A model generated the notes under the pieces. The model saw only the letters and a list, made by a program, of their open reading frames with translations. It made no database searches and was not told the DNA's origin. A stretch of 56,885 nucleotides of DNA. Origin: an uncultured Collinsella sp. (GTDB lineage Bacteria; Actinomycetota; Coriobacteriia; Coriobacteriales; Coriobacteriaceae). This document shows, piece by piece, positions 32,496 to 42,020 of the stretch (position 1 is its first letter; each line of letters begins with the position of its first letter). A program made the position numbers and the translations under genes. The DNA is taken from the NCBI GenBank assembly GCA_900549065.1, contig URNC01000001.1:1-56885 (forward strand). Direction: 5' to 3'.

Positions 32496-34657
32496 GCGAA
32501 AGTATCTATACGCTGCGCGTTTCGAGGGCTGCGGCAGGAGCGTATCCAACGATTTCCGATGCCTTGGCGGCAGCCGATCAGCTCTATCCGGATGCCGAGC
32601 AACCGGTGATGATTCGCGTCGATCCGGGCGAGTATCGCGAGCGGGTCGAGATTCATCGATCGCATGTGACGATTGAGGGAGAGACGGCCGATAGCGTGCG
32701 TATCGTGGGCGGCTTGGGCGCCAAGATGCCCTCGGGGGACGGATCGGGCATCGACGGAATGCTCGGCACCTTTAGGACCTATACCGTTTTGGTCGACGCT
32801 GATGACGTGCGGCTCGAGAACCTAACGATCGTAAATGATGCCGGCGATGGGCGCGAGGTCGGTCAGGCGATTGCCCTGTATGCCGATGGCGACCGTCTGG
32901 TTGTCGACGCCTGTTGCATTACGGGGCGCCAGGACACGCTGTTTTTGGGCCCGTTGCCCCCGCGCGAAGTCAAACCGGGCGGATTCATTGGGCCCAAGCA
33001 GTTTGCGCCGCGTCGGGTGGGCCGTCAGTATTTTCGACGCTGCCGGATTGAGGGCGACGTCGACTTTATCTTTGGCGGCGCGTGTGCCTACTTTGAGGGG
33101 TGCGAGATTCGCTCGCTCAACCGCGATATGGATGTCAACGGGTATGTAACGGCAGCCTCCACGCCCGAAGGCGAGCCGCACGGCTTTGTGTTCCACGGCT
33201 GTTCGTTTACAGCTCCGGATGGCGTGGCGCCGGATTCGGTCTACCTGGGTCGTCCTTGGCGCGAATGGGCGCAAACTGTGCTGATCGATTGCTGGCTGGG
33301 GCGACATATCAAGCGCGAAGGCTGGTGGGATTGGAATAAGCCGGCGGCGCACAACTGCGTGCAGTATGCTGGCGCGATTCTGCATGGGCCGGCGGGTGAT
33401 ACTACCGGCTGGGTGCCGTGGGCGAATGAACTCGATGTGATGGCTGCCGCCGGGTACGCTCGCGAGCAGGTGCTTGCCGGTGCGGATGGCTGGGATCCCG
33501 AGGGAGGCACCGGTGATGCGGTTGAGACGACTAGGCTATCTGCCAATGGCCGTACCGTGCACATCGAGACGTACTGCGAAGACGAGCCTGCGCTGCGCGC
33601 CCGACTGAAGCGCGAAGGGCGCTCGGCGGCATTTGCGGGCAAGACCCCTGCAGACTTTGAGGCGTGGAGGATTGCGACCAGGACTCGCCTGTACGATGTT
33701 TTGGGTCTTTCGCTTATGGACCGCGTCCCGATTGAGATTCGTGAGCTCAGCCGCGTGCGGGTTGCCGGCGGCATTGTGCGTACTCATGCGATGCTGCAGG
33801 TTGAGCACGATGTGTGGATGCCGTTTTACCTGTTGGAGCCGTCTCATCCGAAGCTTGATGGACGGGGGCTTAAGCGTTGCTATATCTGCCCGCATGGCCA
33901 TCAGGGAGCAGGCGCCGCAAGTGTTGCGGGCGTGACGGGCGTGCCGGCGGTCGATGATGCCGTGCGTAAGTTCAATTACGACTACGGTCTGCGTTTGGCA
34001 CGCATGAGTTACGTAACCGTCTGTCCTGATGCGCGCGGTTGGGGATACCGTCGTGACTGGAAGGGCCAAGGCGATGACGAGAACAGCTACCTGCGCGGTA
34101 CGTGTCTGAATCAAGCACGTATGGCCGAGCCGCTGGGTCTTACGGTTGCGGGCCTCAACGTCTGGGACAACATGCGCTTGATCGATTACTTGGAGGCGCG
34201 CGGCGACATTGCCATGGATGACCTGGGTTGCTTTGGTTTTTCGGGTGGCGGCTACATGACGTTGTACCTGGCCGCACTCGACCCGCGTGTGCGCAAGGCG
34301 TTTGTCTCGGGCTATCTGTACGGTGTCGATGATTCGCTGCTACATCTCAATGGCAATTGCAGCTGCAACTACACGCCCGGACTTTGGCGCTTACTCGACA
34401 TGGGCGATATTGCCTCGCTCATCGCGCCGCATCCGCTGCTGGTGCAAAGCTGCGAAGAGGATCATCTGAACGGTTCGCGCGGGCTGAAAAATGTTGACGA
34501 GCAGCTCGAGATCGTGCGCGATGCCTACAAGTTGCTGGGTCGCAGAGATGGCCTGCGGCACGAGGTGTGTCCGGGTGAACACCATCTGGGCGTGGCACAT
34601 CTTGCCGAGGATATCGAATGGCTCGATTCGCACGTTGCGGAATGCGCCCGTTCATAG
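32492..34657 (+). CDS. CE8 pectin methylesterase fused to a C-terminal alpha/beta hydrolase
   Basis: G.YRE, GQAIAL, QDTL, DVDFIFG and LGRPW (CE8), followed by PHGH and GFSGGG (serine hydrolase) in one frame. Confidence 0.88.
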   Translation: MSESIYTLRVSRAAAGAYPTISDALAAADQLYPDAEQPVMIRVDPGEYRERVEIHRSHVTIEGETADSVRIVGGLGAKMPSGDGSGIDGMLGTFRTYTVLVDADDVRLENLTIVNDAGDGREVGQAIALYADGDRLVVDACCITGRQDTLFLGPLPPREVKPGGFIGPKQFAPRRVGRQYFRRCRIEGDVDFIFGGACAYFEGCEIRSLNRDMDVNGYVTAASTPEGEPHGFVFHGCSFTAPDGVAPDSVYLGRPWREWAQTVLIDCWLGRHIKREGWWDWNKPAAHNCVQYAGAILHGPAGDTTGWVPWANELDVMAAAGYAREQVLAGADGWDPEGGTGDAVETTRLSANGRTVHIETYCEDEPALRARLKREGRSAAFAGKTPADFEAWRIATRTRLYDVLGLSLMDRVPIEIRELSRVRVAGGIVRTHAMLQVEHDVWMPFYLLEPSHPKLDGRGLKRCYICPHGHQGAGAASVAGVTGVPAVDDAVRKFNYDYGLRLARMSYVTVCPDARGWGYRRDWKGQGDDENSYLRGTCLNQARMAEPLGLTVAGLNVWDNMRLIDYLEARGDIAMDDLGCFGFSGGGYMTLYLAALDPRVRKAFVSGYLYGVDDSLLHLNGNCSCNYTPGLWRLLDMGDIASLIAPHPLLVQSCEEDHLNGSRGLKNVDEQLEIVRDAYKLLGRRDGLRHEVCPGEHHLGVAHLAEDIEWLDSHVAECARS

Positions 34658-34726
34658 CCCCTCGGCATGCTGCGAATAAACGGTACGTTCCTGTATGACC
34701 GCCGATGGGCGGATGAGGAGAAGATT

Positions 34727-35395
34727 ATGGAAACGAAGAGCTTGAGTGAATCGACCATTTGCTGCTTTGGCGATTCGACCACATGGGGCGATAACGGATG
34801 CGGCGCAGGCGGTAACGACATCTCCTGGACTTCGCATCTGGGCGCGTTGCTGGGAGGCGCGGTCGTCGAGAACTTTGGCATCAAGGGTTCGCGCATCGCC
34901 ATCAAGGCCGACCGTACCGATTCGTTTGTCGAGCGCCTGGACGGTATCGACGATGCGGCCGATATCTACATCGTCTTTGGCGGCGTCAACGACTTTAGCC
35001 GCAACGTGCCGCTTGGCGAGTTGGGCAGCACGGACGTGCACGAGTTCTATGGTGCACTCGATTACCTGATCCGCACCATCACGGCGCGCTCACCTCAGGC
35101 AAAGCTCGTGTTTATGACGCCGTGCAAGACGAGCGGTAAGCACGAGAAGGATATCCCGGCAAGCGACGAGCTCAACCACCTGGGCCTGACGCAGGTCGCC
35201 TACGTGCGAGCGATGCTCGAGGTCTGTGACTGCTACTCCGTGCCGGTGATTGACCTGTATGCGCAAAGCGGTATCAGCCCGTTTTTGCCGGAGCACCGCG
35301 AGCTCTATATGCCGGACGGTCTGCACTACAGCCCGGCTGGCTATGAGCGCCTGGCGCATCGCATCGCCGCGGGTCTCACCGCCGTTTGCCGCTAA
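34727..35395 (+). CDS. SGNH/GDSL hydrolase
   Basis: FGDSTT, GGVND and DGLH blocks; GAGGA RBS. Confidence 0.9.
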   Translation: METKSLSESTICCFGDSTTWGDNGCGAGGNDISWTSHLGALLGGAVVENFGIKGSRIAIKADRTDSFVERLDGIDDAADIYIVFGGVNDFSRNVPLGELGSTDVHEFYGALDYLIRTITARSPQAKLVFMTPCKTSGKHEKDIPASDELNHLGLTQVAYVRAMLEVCDCYSVPVIDLYAQSGISPFLPEHRELYMPDGLHYSPAGYERLAHRIAAGLTAVCR

Positions 35396-35409
35396 AAGTC
35401 TGCCGTTCG

Positions 35410-35476
35410 CGAGGAATATAGGGTTAACGTTCACCCTATATTCCTCGTTCGCGTTACACTAGGGGTAACGTTCACC
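35410..35476. promoter_or_regulatory. Two operators upstream of GH105, the first inside a 38-bp palindrome
   Basis: GGTTAACGTTCACC at 35422-35435 within 15-bp arms at 35410-35424 and 35433-35447; GGGTAACGTTCACC at 35463-35476. Confidence 0.8.
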
Positions 35477-35502
35477 TATCGTTTATGTCAGAGGGGACAG
35501 CA

Positions 35503-36741
35503 ATGGGTTGCAATCAAATCCTGGACCGTTATATCGAGCAGTTGATCGAAACCTCTACGCCGCAGGCGCCGGCTTGGAATATCGAAAAGATTCGCGCCGG
35601 CAAGGAGAACACCTGGAACTATATCGACGGCTGCATGATCAAGGCGCTCATCGAGCTGTACGAGATCACGGGTGAGCAGCGCTACCTGACGTTTGCCGAT
35701 GACTACATCGATTTCTTTGTCCAGGACGATGGCACCATCAAGCATTACAACCCGCAGGAGTACAACCTCGATAACGTCAATGCGGGCAAGACCCTCTACA
35801 AGCTCTATGACCTGGTGGGTAAGCCCAAGTACCGTGCCGCCATGGACACCATCTACCGCCAGCTCGAGACCCAGCCGCGCACCAAAGAGGGCGTGTTTTG
35901 GCACAAGGCCGTCTATCCCAACCAGATTTGGCTCGATGGCATGTACATGGCACAGCCGTTCTACATGCAGTACGAGCTGAGCTTCCACAACCGTCGTGCC
36001 TGCTCGGACAGCTTCCATATGTTCCAGGTCGTGCATGACCTGATGCGCAACCCCCTCAACGGTCTGTACTATCACGCTTACGACGCGAGCCGCAAACAGT
36101 TCTGGTGCGACCCGGTCACCGGTCTTTCGGCTAACTTCTGGCTGCGCGCCGAGGGCTGGTTTGCCATGGCACTCATCGACACCTGGGAGCTTATGCCGCC
36201 TTCGATGTCGGCCGAGAAGGACGAGATCCGCAAGATGTTCCACGATCTGATCGACGCCATGCTGCCGTATCAGGACGAGAAGACCGGCATGTGGCACCAG
36301 GTCATCAACCTGCCCAATATCGCCCCCAACTACCTGGAGGAGTCGGGCAGCGCCATCTTTGCCAACGCCATCATGAAGGGCGTGCGTCTGGGCGTGCTGG
36401 GCGAGCGTTACTACCAGTACGGCCGTCGCGCCTTCGATGGCATCTGCGAGACCTGCCTGTCCGAGCATGATGGCCAGCTGGCGCTCGACAACATCTGCCT
36501 GGTCGCAGGCTTGGGCAACACCGCACACCGCGAGGGCACGTTTGATTACTACATGAGCGAGCCCGTGGTCAAAAATGATGCAAAGGGCGTCGCGCCGCTG
36601 GTGCTTGCCTATATCGAGACCATGCATCACGACAAGCTTGCCGGCAAGCGCGACCCGCTGGCCCCTTCGGGCGTGTGCTCTATCGAGGACCCGTTTGGCG
36701 GATACACCCCGGGCATCAACGCTCATAAGGGATGTGAATAG
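35503..36741 (+). CDS. GH105 unsaturated (rhamno)galacturonyl hydrolase, YteR-like
   Basis: WNYIDG, YNLDNVNAGK, FWHK..YPNQIWLDGMYM, FWLRAEGW and NDAKG motifs. Confidence 0.93.
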   Translation: MGCNQILDRYIEQLIETSTPQAPAWNIEKIRAGKENTWNYIDGCMIKALIELYEITGEQRYLTFADDYIDFFVQDDGTIKHYNPQEYNLDNVNAGKTLYKLYDLVGKPKYRAAMDTIYRQLETQPRTKEGVFWHKAVYPNQIWLDGMYMAQPFYMQYELSFHNRRACSDSFHMFQVVHDLMRNPLNGLYYHAYDASRKQFWCDPVTGLSANFWLRAEGWFAMALIDTWELMPPSMSAEKDEIRKMFHDLIDAMLPYQDEKTGMWHQVINLPNIAPNYLEESGSAIFANAIMKGVRLGVLGERYYQYGRRAFDGICETCLSEHDGQLALDNICLVAGLGNTAHREGTFDYYMSEPVVKNDAKGVAPLVLAYIETMHHDKLAGKRDPLAPSGVCSIEDPFGGYTPGINAHKGCE

Positions 36742-36742
36742 C

Positions 36743-37648
36743 ATGGGGGCTATTACTCCGGGCGTACGTTTGCACGACCTTCCGCAGGGAACCGTCGAGG
36801 AACGCATTCGCATGGCGGGAGAGCTGGGCTTTTCGTGCATTCAGCTGCCAAGCAAGGTGCTCTATGCATCGATGGGGATCGATCGAGGCGGTCTGACCCG
36901 CGAGCTTGCCGATCATTTGCGTGCGGTGCTCGACGAGGCGGGCGTTTCGGTCGCCGTGCTCGGCTGCTACAAGAATCTGGCGACGCCCGATCGCCAACAG
37001 CTCATGGATAACTATGCCGAGTATGAGGCATGCCTGAACTTTGCCCAGATGCTCGGCGGCTGCCCGGTGGGTACCGAGACCGGTCGCCCCAATGCGCAGA
37101 ACCGCGTTGCTGACGACCGCATGACCGATGAGGCACTCGATGCGTTTGCAGACGGGCTTGCACACGTCTGCGATCGGGCCGAGGCCGTGGGCGGGCAAAT
37201 ACTGATCGAGCCCGGTTGGAACGAGACGGTCAACACGCCGGATCGCTGCCGCGAGGTGCTGGAGCGCGTCTCGAGCCCGTCGCTCGGCGTGATCTATGAC
37301 TCAGTGTCGCTGCTGCACCCCAGCGTCGTTGACGAAGCGCAGGAAATCACAGCGCGCATGCTCTACTTATGCGGCAGTAAGATTCGCGTGCTGCACGCCA
37401 AGGATTTTGAGGTCGTCGACAACGAGGACGAAGCCGGTTGGTGCGACGGTACGGGTTCACGTCTGGTGTGTCATGGCGTGGGCGAGACGGGCCGCTATGA
37501 CTTTGAGCCCGTAGTGGCCTGGGCGGCTGCCGCCTGCCCTGGGATTCCCTGCGTGGTCGAGAACAGTGTGCCGGCGACGGCGGCTGACTGCCTGGCGACA
37601 CTCGAGCACATGTCCGCTCGCTGCGGGGCTTCGCATCGCGAGTTATAG
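36743..37648 (+). CDS. Sugar phosphate isomerase/epimerase family (TIM barrel) protein
   Basis: GVRLHD, VLGCYKN, VGTETG, IEP and HAKDF motifs; starts 1 nt after the GH105 stop. Confidence 0.8.
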   Translation: MGAITPGVRLHDLPQGTVEERIRMAGELGFSCIQLPSKVLYASMGIDRGGLTRELADHLRAVLDEAGVSVAVLGCYKNLATPDRQQLMDNYAEYEACLNFAQMLGGCPVGTETGRPNAQNRVADDRMTDEALDAFADGLAHVCDRAEAVGGQILIEPGWNETVNTPDRCREVLERVSSPSLGVIYDSVSLLHPSVVDEAQEITARMLYLCGSKIRVLHAKDFEVVDNEDEAGWCDGTGSRLVCHGVGETGRYDFEPVVAWAAAACPGIPCVVENSVPATAADCLATLEHMSARCGASHREL

Positions 37649-37751
37649 CATTGGCTTTTGCTGTGTCGGCAGATTGAGATTACCTGTATGGGGGCGGCGG
37701 TGAAGGGTCTTTATCGTCGCCCCCATTGGATTGCATTAAAAGGGGAGTTGC

Positions 37752-38969
37752 GTGGCTATCCGCATTGTCGAAGAGGCGAATCGTTGCCTAGGTTGTAAAA
37801 GGGCGTTCTGTCAGATTAAGGGCTGCCCGGTTCAGACGCCTATTCCGCAGGTCATCGACCTGTTCAAACAGCGTCGTCTAGAAGAGGCGGGCGAGCTGCT
37901 GTTCCAGAATAACCCGATGAGTGCGGTCTGCTCTATGGTGTGCAACCATTCGGGCCAGTGCGAGGGCGCGTGCATCCAGGGCCGCAAGGGCGCGCCCGTG
38001 CATTTTTCGAGCATCGAGAACTATATCTCCACGGCGTATTTGGACCGCAAAGAGTGGAAGGCCGCGCCGTCGTGCGGCAAGCAGGTCGCTGTGGTCGGCT
38101 CCGGCCCTGCCGGCATTACCGTGGCAATTAAGATGGCGCAGCTGGGTTGCGCCGTCACCGTTTTTGAACAGCGACCCGAGATCGGCGGCGTGTTGGAGTA
38201 CGGTATCCCCGAGTTCCGTCTGCCGCGCTCGCTCGTGCAAAAGTACCGCCACGTGATGTGCTCGCTCGGCGTGCGCGTTCGCCCCTCGACCACCATCGGC
38301 GGTGCGCTCCACATCGACGACTTGCTGCGCGACGGCTACGATGCGGTCTTTGTTGGTACCGGCACCTGGCGAGCTCGAAAGCTGGGTATTCCCGGCGAGT
38401 CGCGCGGCAATGTGCTGTTTGGTATCGACTATCTGGTCGATCCCACGAGCGTGGCAATCGGGCAGAACGTGGCGGTTATCGGCGCCGGCAATGTGGCCAT
38501 GGATGTTGCCCGCACGGCCCTGCGCTCGGGTGCTCGCAAGGTTACCGTGTACGCCCGATCGCGCCATATCTCTGCCATCGATGACGAGGTGGAGCTGACC
38601 GAGCTTGACGGTGCCGAGATTGTGTGCGGCAAGGCGATCTGCGCCATCGACGACAACGGTCCGGTGTTCGAGACGGCTATCTTTGACGAGGACAACAACG
38701 TGGTGGGCTACGAGGAAGAACTCGACCATGCGTCTGCCGACACGGTTGTGATTGCGGCGTCTCAGGTGCCCAAGGACAAGCTCGTGCTTACAACGGGCGG
38801 TCTGGAGACCGACCATCGCGGCCTGCTTTCGGTCGACGAGTATGGCATGACTACCGTGCCTGGCGTCTTTGCCGCCGGCGACGTGGTCAACGGCCCGCTC
38901 ACCGTGGTCCACGCCGTAGCTGGTGCCAAACTCGCCGTCGAAGGCATGACATCCTACCTGGGCCTCTAA
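37752..38969 (+). CDS. GltD-like NAD(P)-dependent Fe-S flavoprotein oxidoreductase
   Basis: RCLGC...C...CP, CSMVC..CEGAC, GSGPAG, YGIPEFRLP, GAGNVAMD and GVFAAGDV motifs; no gltB nearby. Confidence 0.88.
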   Translation: MAIRIVEEANRCLGCKRAFCQIKGCPVQTPIPQVIDLFKQRRLEEAGELLFQNNPMSAVCSMVCNHSGQCEGACIQGRKGAPVHFSSIENYISTAYLDRKEWKAAPSCGKQVAVVGSGPAGITVAIKMAQLGCAVTVFEQRPEIGGVLEYGIPEFRLPRSLVQKYRHVMCSLGVRVRPSTTIGGALHIDDLLRDGYDAVFVGTGTWRARKLGIPGESRGNVLFGIDYLVDPTSVAIGQNVAVIGAGNVAMDVARTALRSGARKVTVYARSRHISAIDDEVELTELDGAEIVCGKAICAIDDNGPVFETAIFDEDNNVVGYEEELDHASADTVVIAASQVPKDKLVLTTGGLETDHRGLLSVDEYGMTTVPGVFAAGDVVNGPLTVVHAVAGAKLAVEGMTSYLGL

Positions 38970-38984
38970 CCCATCCCACCCATC

Positions 38985-39051
38985 AGTTGCGGTGGAATAC
39001 GGGCTGTTTTGCCTGTCAAAAGCCTTATCTACTCCGTATTCCACCGCAACT
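38985..39051. repeat. 67-bp palindromic repeat, copy 1
   Basis: AGTTGCGGTGGAATA...TATTCCACCGCAACT. Confidence 0.88.
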
Positions 39052-39168
39052 TTTTGTGAGGGTCGGGATTGAAGGTGGGGAGTGCGAGCGAGTGCGAATG
39101 CGGCGGATACTGATACGATAGGTACGTTAGCAACTGCCGCCGAGCGGCTCAAACGAAAGGAACCCTGT

Positions 39169-41118
39169 ATGGAGTCCTCCGCCTATCCGATGCTCTTTAG
39201 CCCGATCAAGGTCGGTACGACCGAGGTCAAGAACCGCGTCTTTATGCCGCCGGTATCTACCAACCTGGCCGATCACGGATATGTGACCGACGACTTGGTC
39301 GATCATTACCGTGCCCGTGCCAAGGGCGGCGTTGGCCTGATCATCACCGAGGTCGTGACGGTCGAGCCCACCTATACCTATCTGCCGGGCGACATGTGCT
39401 GCTACGACGACACGTTCATCCCCGGCTGGGAAAAGCTCGCCGCCGCCGTGCATGAGTACGGCTGCAAGATCATGCCGCAGCTCTTCCACCCTGCCTACAT
39501 GGCCTTTAACATTCCGGGCACGCCGCGTCTGATCGCTCCGTCCTTTGTGGGTCCGTCCTATGCCCGCGAGGCGCCGCGCCCCATCACGGTCGACGAGATC
39601 CATGAGCTCACGCATCAGTTTGGCGACGCTGCCGTGCGTATGCAGAAGGCTGGCGTCGATGGCGTCGAGGTCCATGCGGCACACGCCCACGGCATGCTCG
39701 GCGGCTTTTTGACCCCGCTCTATAACAAGCGTACCGATGAGTACGGCGGCTCGCTCGACGCTCGCATGCGCTTCTTGCTCGAGGTCATTGCCGAGATTCG
39801 CGAGCGCTGCGGCAAGGACTTTATCATCGACGTCCGCATCTCGGGCGATGAGTACACCGATGGCGGCCTGACCCTCAATGACATGATCTACGTCTCGCGC
39901 CGTCTGGAGAAGGCCGGCGTCGACATGATTCACGTGTCGGGCGGTACCACCATCAAGCGCGGTTCCGCGATTCCCGCCGCCGGTACGCAGCAGGCCTCGC
40001 ACGCTGCCTGCTCGCGCGAGATCAAAAAGCACGTCAACATTCCCGTTGCCACCGTCGGCCGCATCAACGAGGCCTGGATCGCCGAGGAGCTGATCGAGGA
40101 CGGCGCTGCTGACATCTGCATGATGGGCCGCGCCAATCTGTGCGATGCCGAGTTCTGCAATAAGGCCGCTGCCGGCAACGCCGACGACATCCGCCCCTGC
40201 ATCGGCTGCCTGCGCTGCCTGAACGGCATTATGTTTGGCAAGCGCATCTCCTGCACCGTCAATCCCGATGTTGAGCGCGACGAGGCCGGCTACGAGCCTG
40301 CCGCCGAGGCTAAGAACGTGCTGGTTGTGGGCGCTGGTCCTGCGGGCATGGAGGCAGCCTACATTGCTGCCAAGCGCGGCCACAATGTGGTGCTCGTAGA
40401 TAAGCAGGACGAGCCGGGTGGCGAGATGCGCATCGCGGCCGTTCCGCCGGCAAAGCAGGAACTCACCCGCGTGATCAAGTATCAGTACCGTCGCCTGGCC
40501 GAGGTCGGCGTGAAGTGCGTATTTGGCACCGAGCTTACTGCCGAGGACATTCAGCGTGACTACGCCGGCTACGAGGTCGTCCTGGCCTATGGCGCCGAGC
40601 CCATCGCCCCGGCCTTCATGCAGGGATTTAAGCAGGTCATGACGGCTGACGACCTGTTGGGCGGCAAGGCTTTCCCGGGCAAGAAGATTGTCATCGTGGG
40701 CGGCGGCACCGTCGGTTGCGAGACGGCCGACTACCTGGCCCCGTTGGTCAACGATCTGTCGCCGGCCAATCGCGACGTCACCGTCATCGAGATGACCAAG
40801 ACGCTCGCCGCCAACGAGGGCGGCGCTGGTCGCGCGGTGCTCATCACGCGCATGCTCTCCAAGGGCGTTCACGTGCTGACCGAGGCCAAGGTGACCGAGA
40901 TTACCGAGGATGCCATCAGCTACGAAAAGGACGGCGAGATCCACACCATCGCCGATGCCGATACGCTGGTACTTGCCATGGGCTATCGTCCCAATACCAA
41001 GTTGGCCGACGACCTTGCTGCAGCCGGCGTTACCACCCACGTGTTGGGCGATGCCAACAAGTGCGGCAACATCCGCGACGCCATCGGCGATGGCTACAAG
41101 GTTGCTTGCGAGCTCTAG
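39169..41118 (+). CDS. Old-yellow-enzyme-type Fe-S flavoenzyme (BaiH/BaiCD/dienoyl-CoA reductase family)
   Basis: TIM barrel with NKRTDEYGGS, CIGCLRC...C cluster motif, GAGPAG and GGGTVG Rossmann motifs; GAAAGGA RBS. Confidence 0.9.
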   Translation: MESSAYPMLFSPIKVGTTEVKNRVFMPPVSTNLADHGYVTDDLVDHYRARAKGGVGLIITEVVTVEPTYTYLPGDMCCYDDTFIPGWEKLAAAVHEYGCKIMPQLFHPAYMAFNIPGTPRLIAPSFVGPSYAREAPRPITVDEIHELTHQFGDAAVRMQKAGVDGVEVHAAHAHGMLGGFLTPLYNKRTDEYGGSLDARMRFLLEVIAEIRERCGKDFIIDVRISGDEYTDGGLTLNDMIYVSRRLEKAGVDMIHVSGGTTIKRGSAIPAAGTQQASHAACSREIKKHVNIPVATVGRINEAWIAEELIEDGAADICMMGRANLCDAEFCNKAAAGNADDIRPCIGCLRCLNGIMFGKRISCTVNPDVERDEAGYEPAAEAKNVLVVGAGPAGMEAAYIAAKRGHNVVLVDKQDEPGGEMRIAAVPPAKQELTRVIKYQYRRLAEVGVKCVFGTELTAEDIQRDYAGYEVVLAYGAEPIAPAFMQGFKQVMTADDLLGGKAFPGKKIVIVGGGTVGCETADYLAPLVNDLSPANRDVTVIEMTKTLAANEGGAGRAVLITRMLSKGVHVLTEAKVTEITEDAISYEKDGEIHTIADADTLVLAMGYRPNTKLADDLAAAGVTTHVLGDANKCGNIRDAIGDGYKVACEL

Positions 41119-41172
41119 TCAACCCCTTGGTGCATGTGAGGCCTATCCCCGCGGCGTCAGTCGGTAGATAGC

Positions 41173-41213
41173 AAAAAGCGGCGGTCGTCCCGTACATGGG
41201 ACGACCGCCGCTT
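41173..41213. terminator. Terminator between convergent genes
   Basis: 16-bp stem AAGCGGCGGTCGTCCC with an A-run on the left side. Confidence 0.8.
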
Positions 41214-41238
41214 GCGTCAGCTGCAATGAGTCATGCGA

Positions 41239-41880
41239 TTAGAGGTCCAGAATCTCCTTGACCTTGGCGATGATGGCCTCGTCGGTTGCGTTGGCAAAGA
41301 AGTACTCCTGGAAGTGCTCGCCGGCAAGTGCGCCCTTCACCAGGTCCTGATCGATCTCGCCCAGGACGTCGACGAGCGGGCGCATGGTCACAGCGCGCAC
41401 GCCGTCGAGGATCTTCTTGTTGCGCTGCTCGGGCTCAACGCGCTCGGCAGGATAGCCGTTGCCCGAACCAAAGCCAAAGAGCTTCTCGAAGGTGTACTCG
41501 AGGTTGAGCTCCTGGCCCCAGCCGTTCTTGAGGGCGAAGGGCATGGCAACGGCGTTGCCATCGTTGACCTGGGCAAAGGTGTAGGCGTCGAGCGGGTCGG
41601 CAACGTGGCCGCACAGCACGCCGGGGAAGGAGTTACAGGCGAGCATGGCGCCCTCGCCGGTGCCGCAGCCGGTCACGACGTAGTCGGCAGCACCGGAGTT
41701 CAGCAGCACGGCGGCAAGGATGCCGTTCTGCACGTAGGTGAGGGGCTTGGAGTCGGCGTCGGCATACATACCATAGTTAAAGACGGTGTGCCCCATGGGC
41801 TCGACAACCTTCTTAAGGGCAGCCTCGATCATGGGGTTCTTGGAGTTCTGAGAGTTCTCATTGATCAGAGCGATTTTCAT
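41239..41880 (-). CDS. RpiB/LacAB-family isomerase, DhuI-like unsaturated uronate (DKI/DHU) isomerase
   Basis: MKIALINENSQ, TGCGTGEGA and WGQELNL; paired with a short-chain reductase. Confidence 0.8.
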   Translation of the reverse strand: MKIALINENSQNSKNPMIEAALKKVVEPMGHTVFNYGMYADADSKPLTYVQNGILAAVLLNSGAADYVVTGCGTGEGAMLACNSFPGVLCGHVADPLDAYTFAQVNDGNAVAMPFALKNGWGQELNLEYTFEKLFGFGSGNGYPAERVEPEQRNKKILDGVRAVTMRPLVDVLGEIDQDLVKGALAGEHFQEYFFANATDEAIIAKVKEILDL

Positions 41881-41903
41881 TGCGAATTACCTTTCTATTT
41901 CTA

Positions 41904-41970
41904 ACTTGCGGTGAAATACGGACTGTTTTGCCTGATAGAAGCCAAAACCAATCCTTATCTCACCGCAACT
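41904..41970. repeat. 67-bp palindromic repeat, copy 2
   Basis: ACTTGCGGTGAAATA...TATCTCACCGCAACT. Confidence 0.85.
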
Positions 41971-42020
41971 CAAATGAAAAACGAGTGGATGAAACCTGAT
42001 ATGGGCAGTTGCGGCGACGC

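Noticed and set aside
37752..38969. Calling this gene gltD of a glutamate synthase
   Set aside because: No large subunit or NfnA partner in the window, so only a family-level call is supported
39169..41118. Assignment as bilirubin reductase BilR or as a bai operon gene
   Set aside because: Lacks the HGDR motif of BilR, and no other bai genes are adjacent
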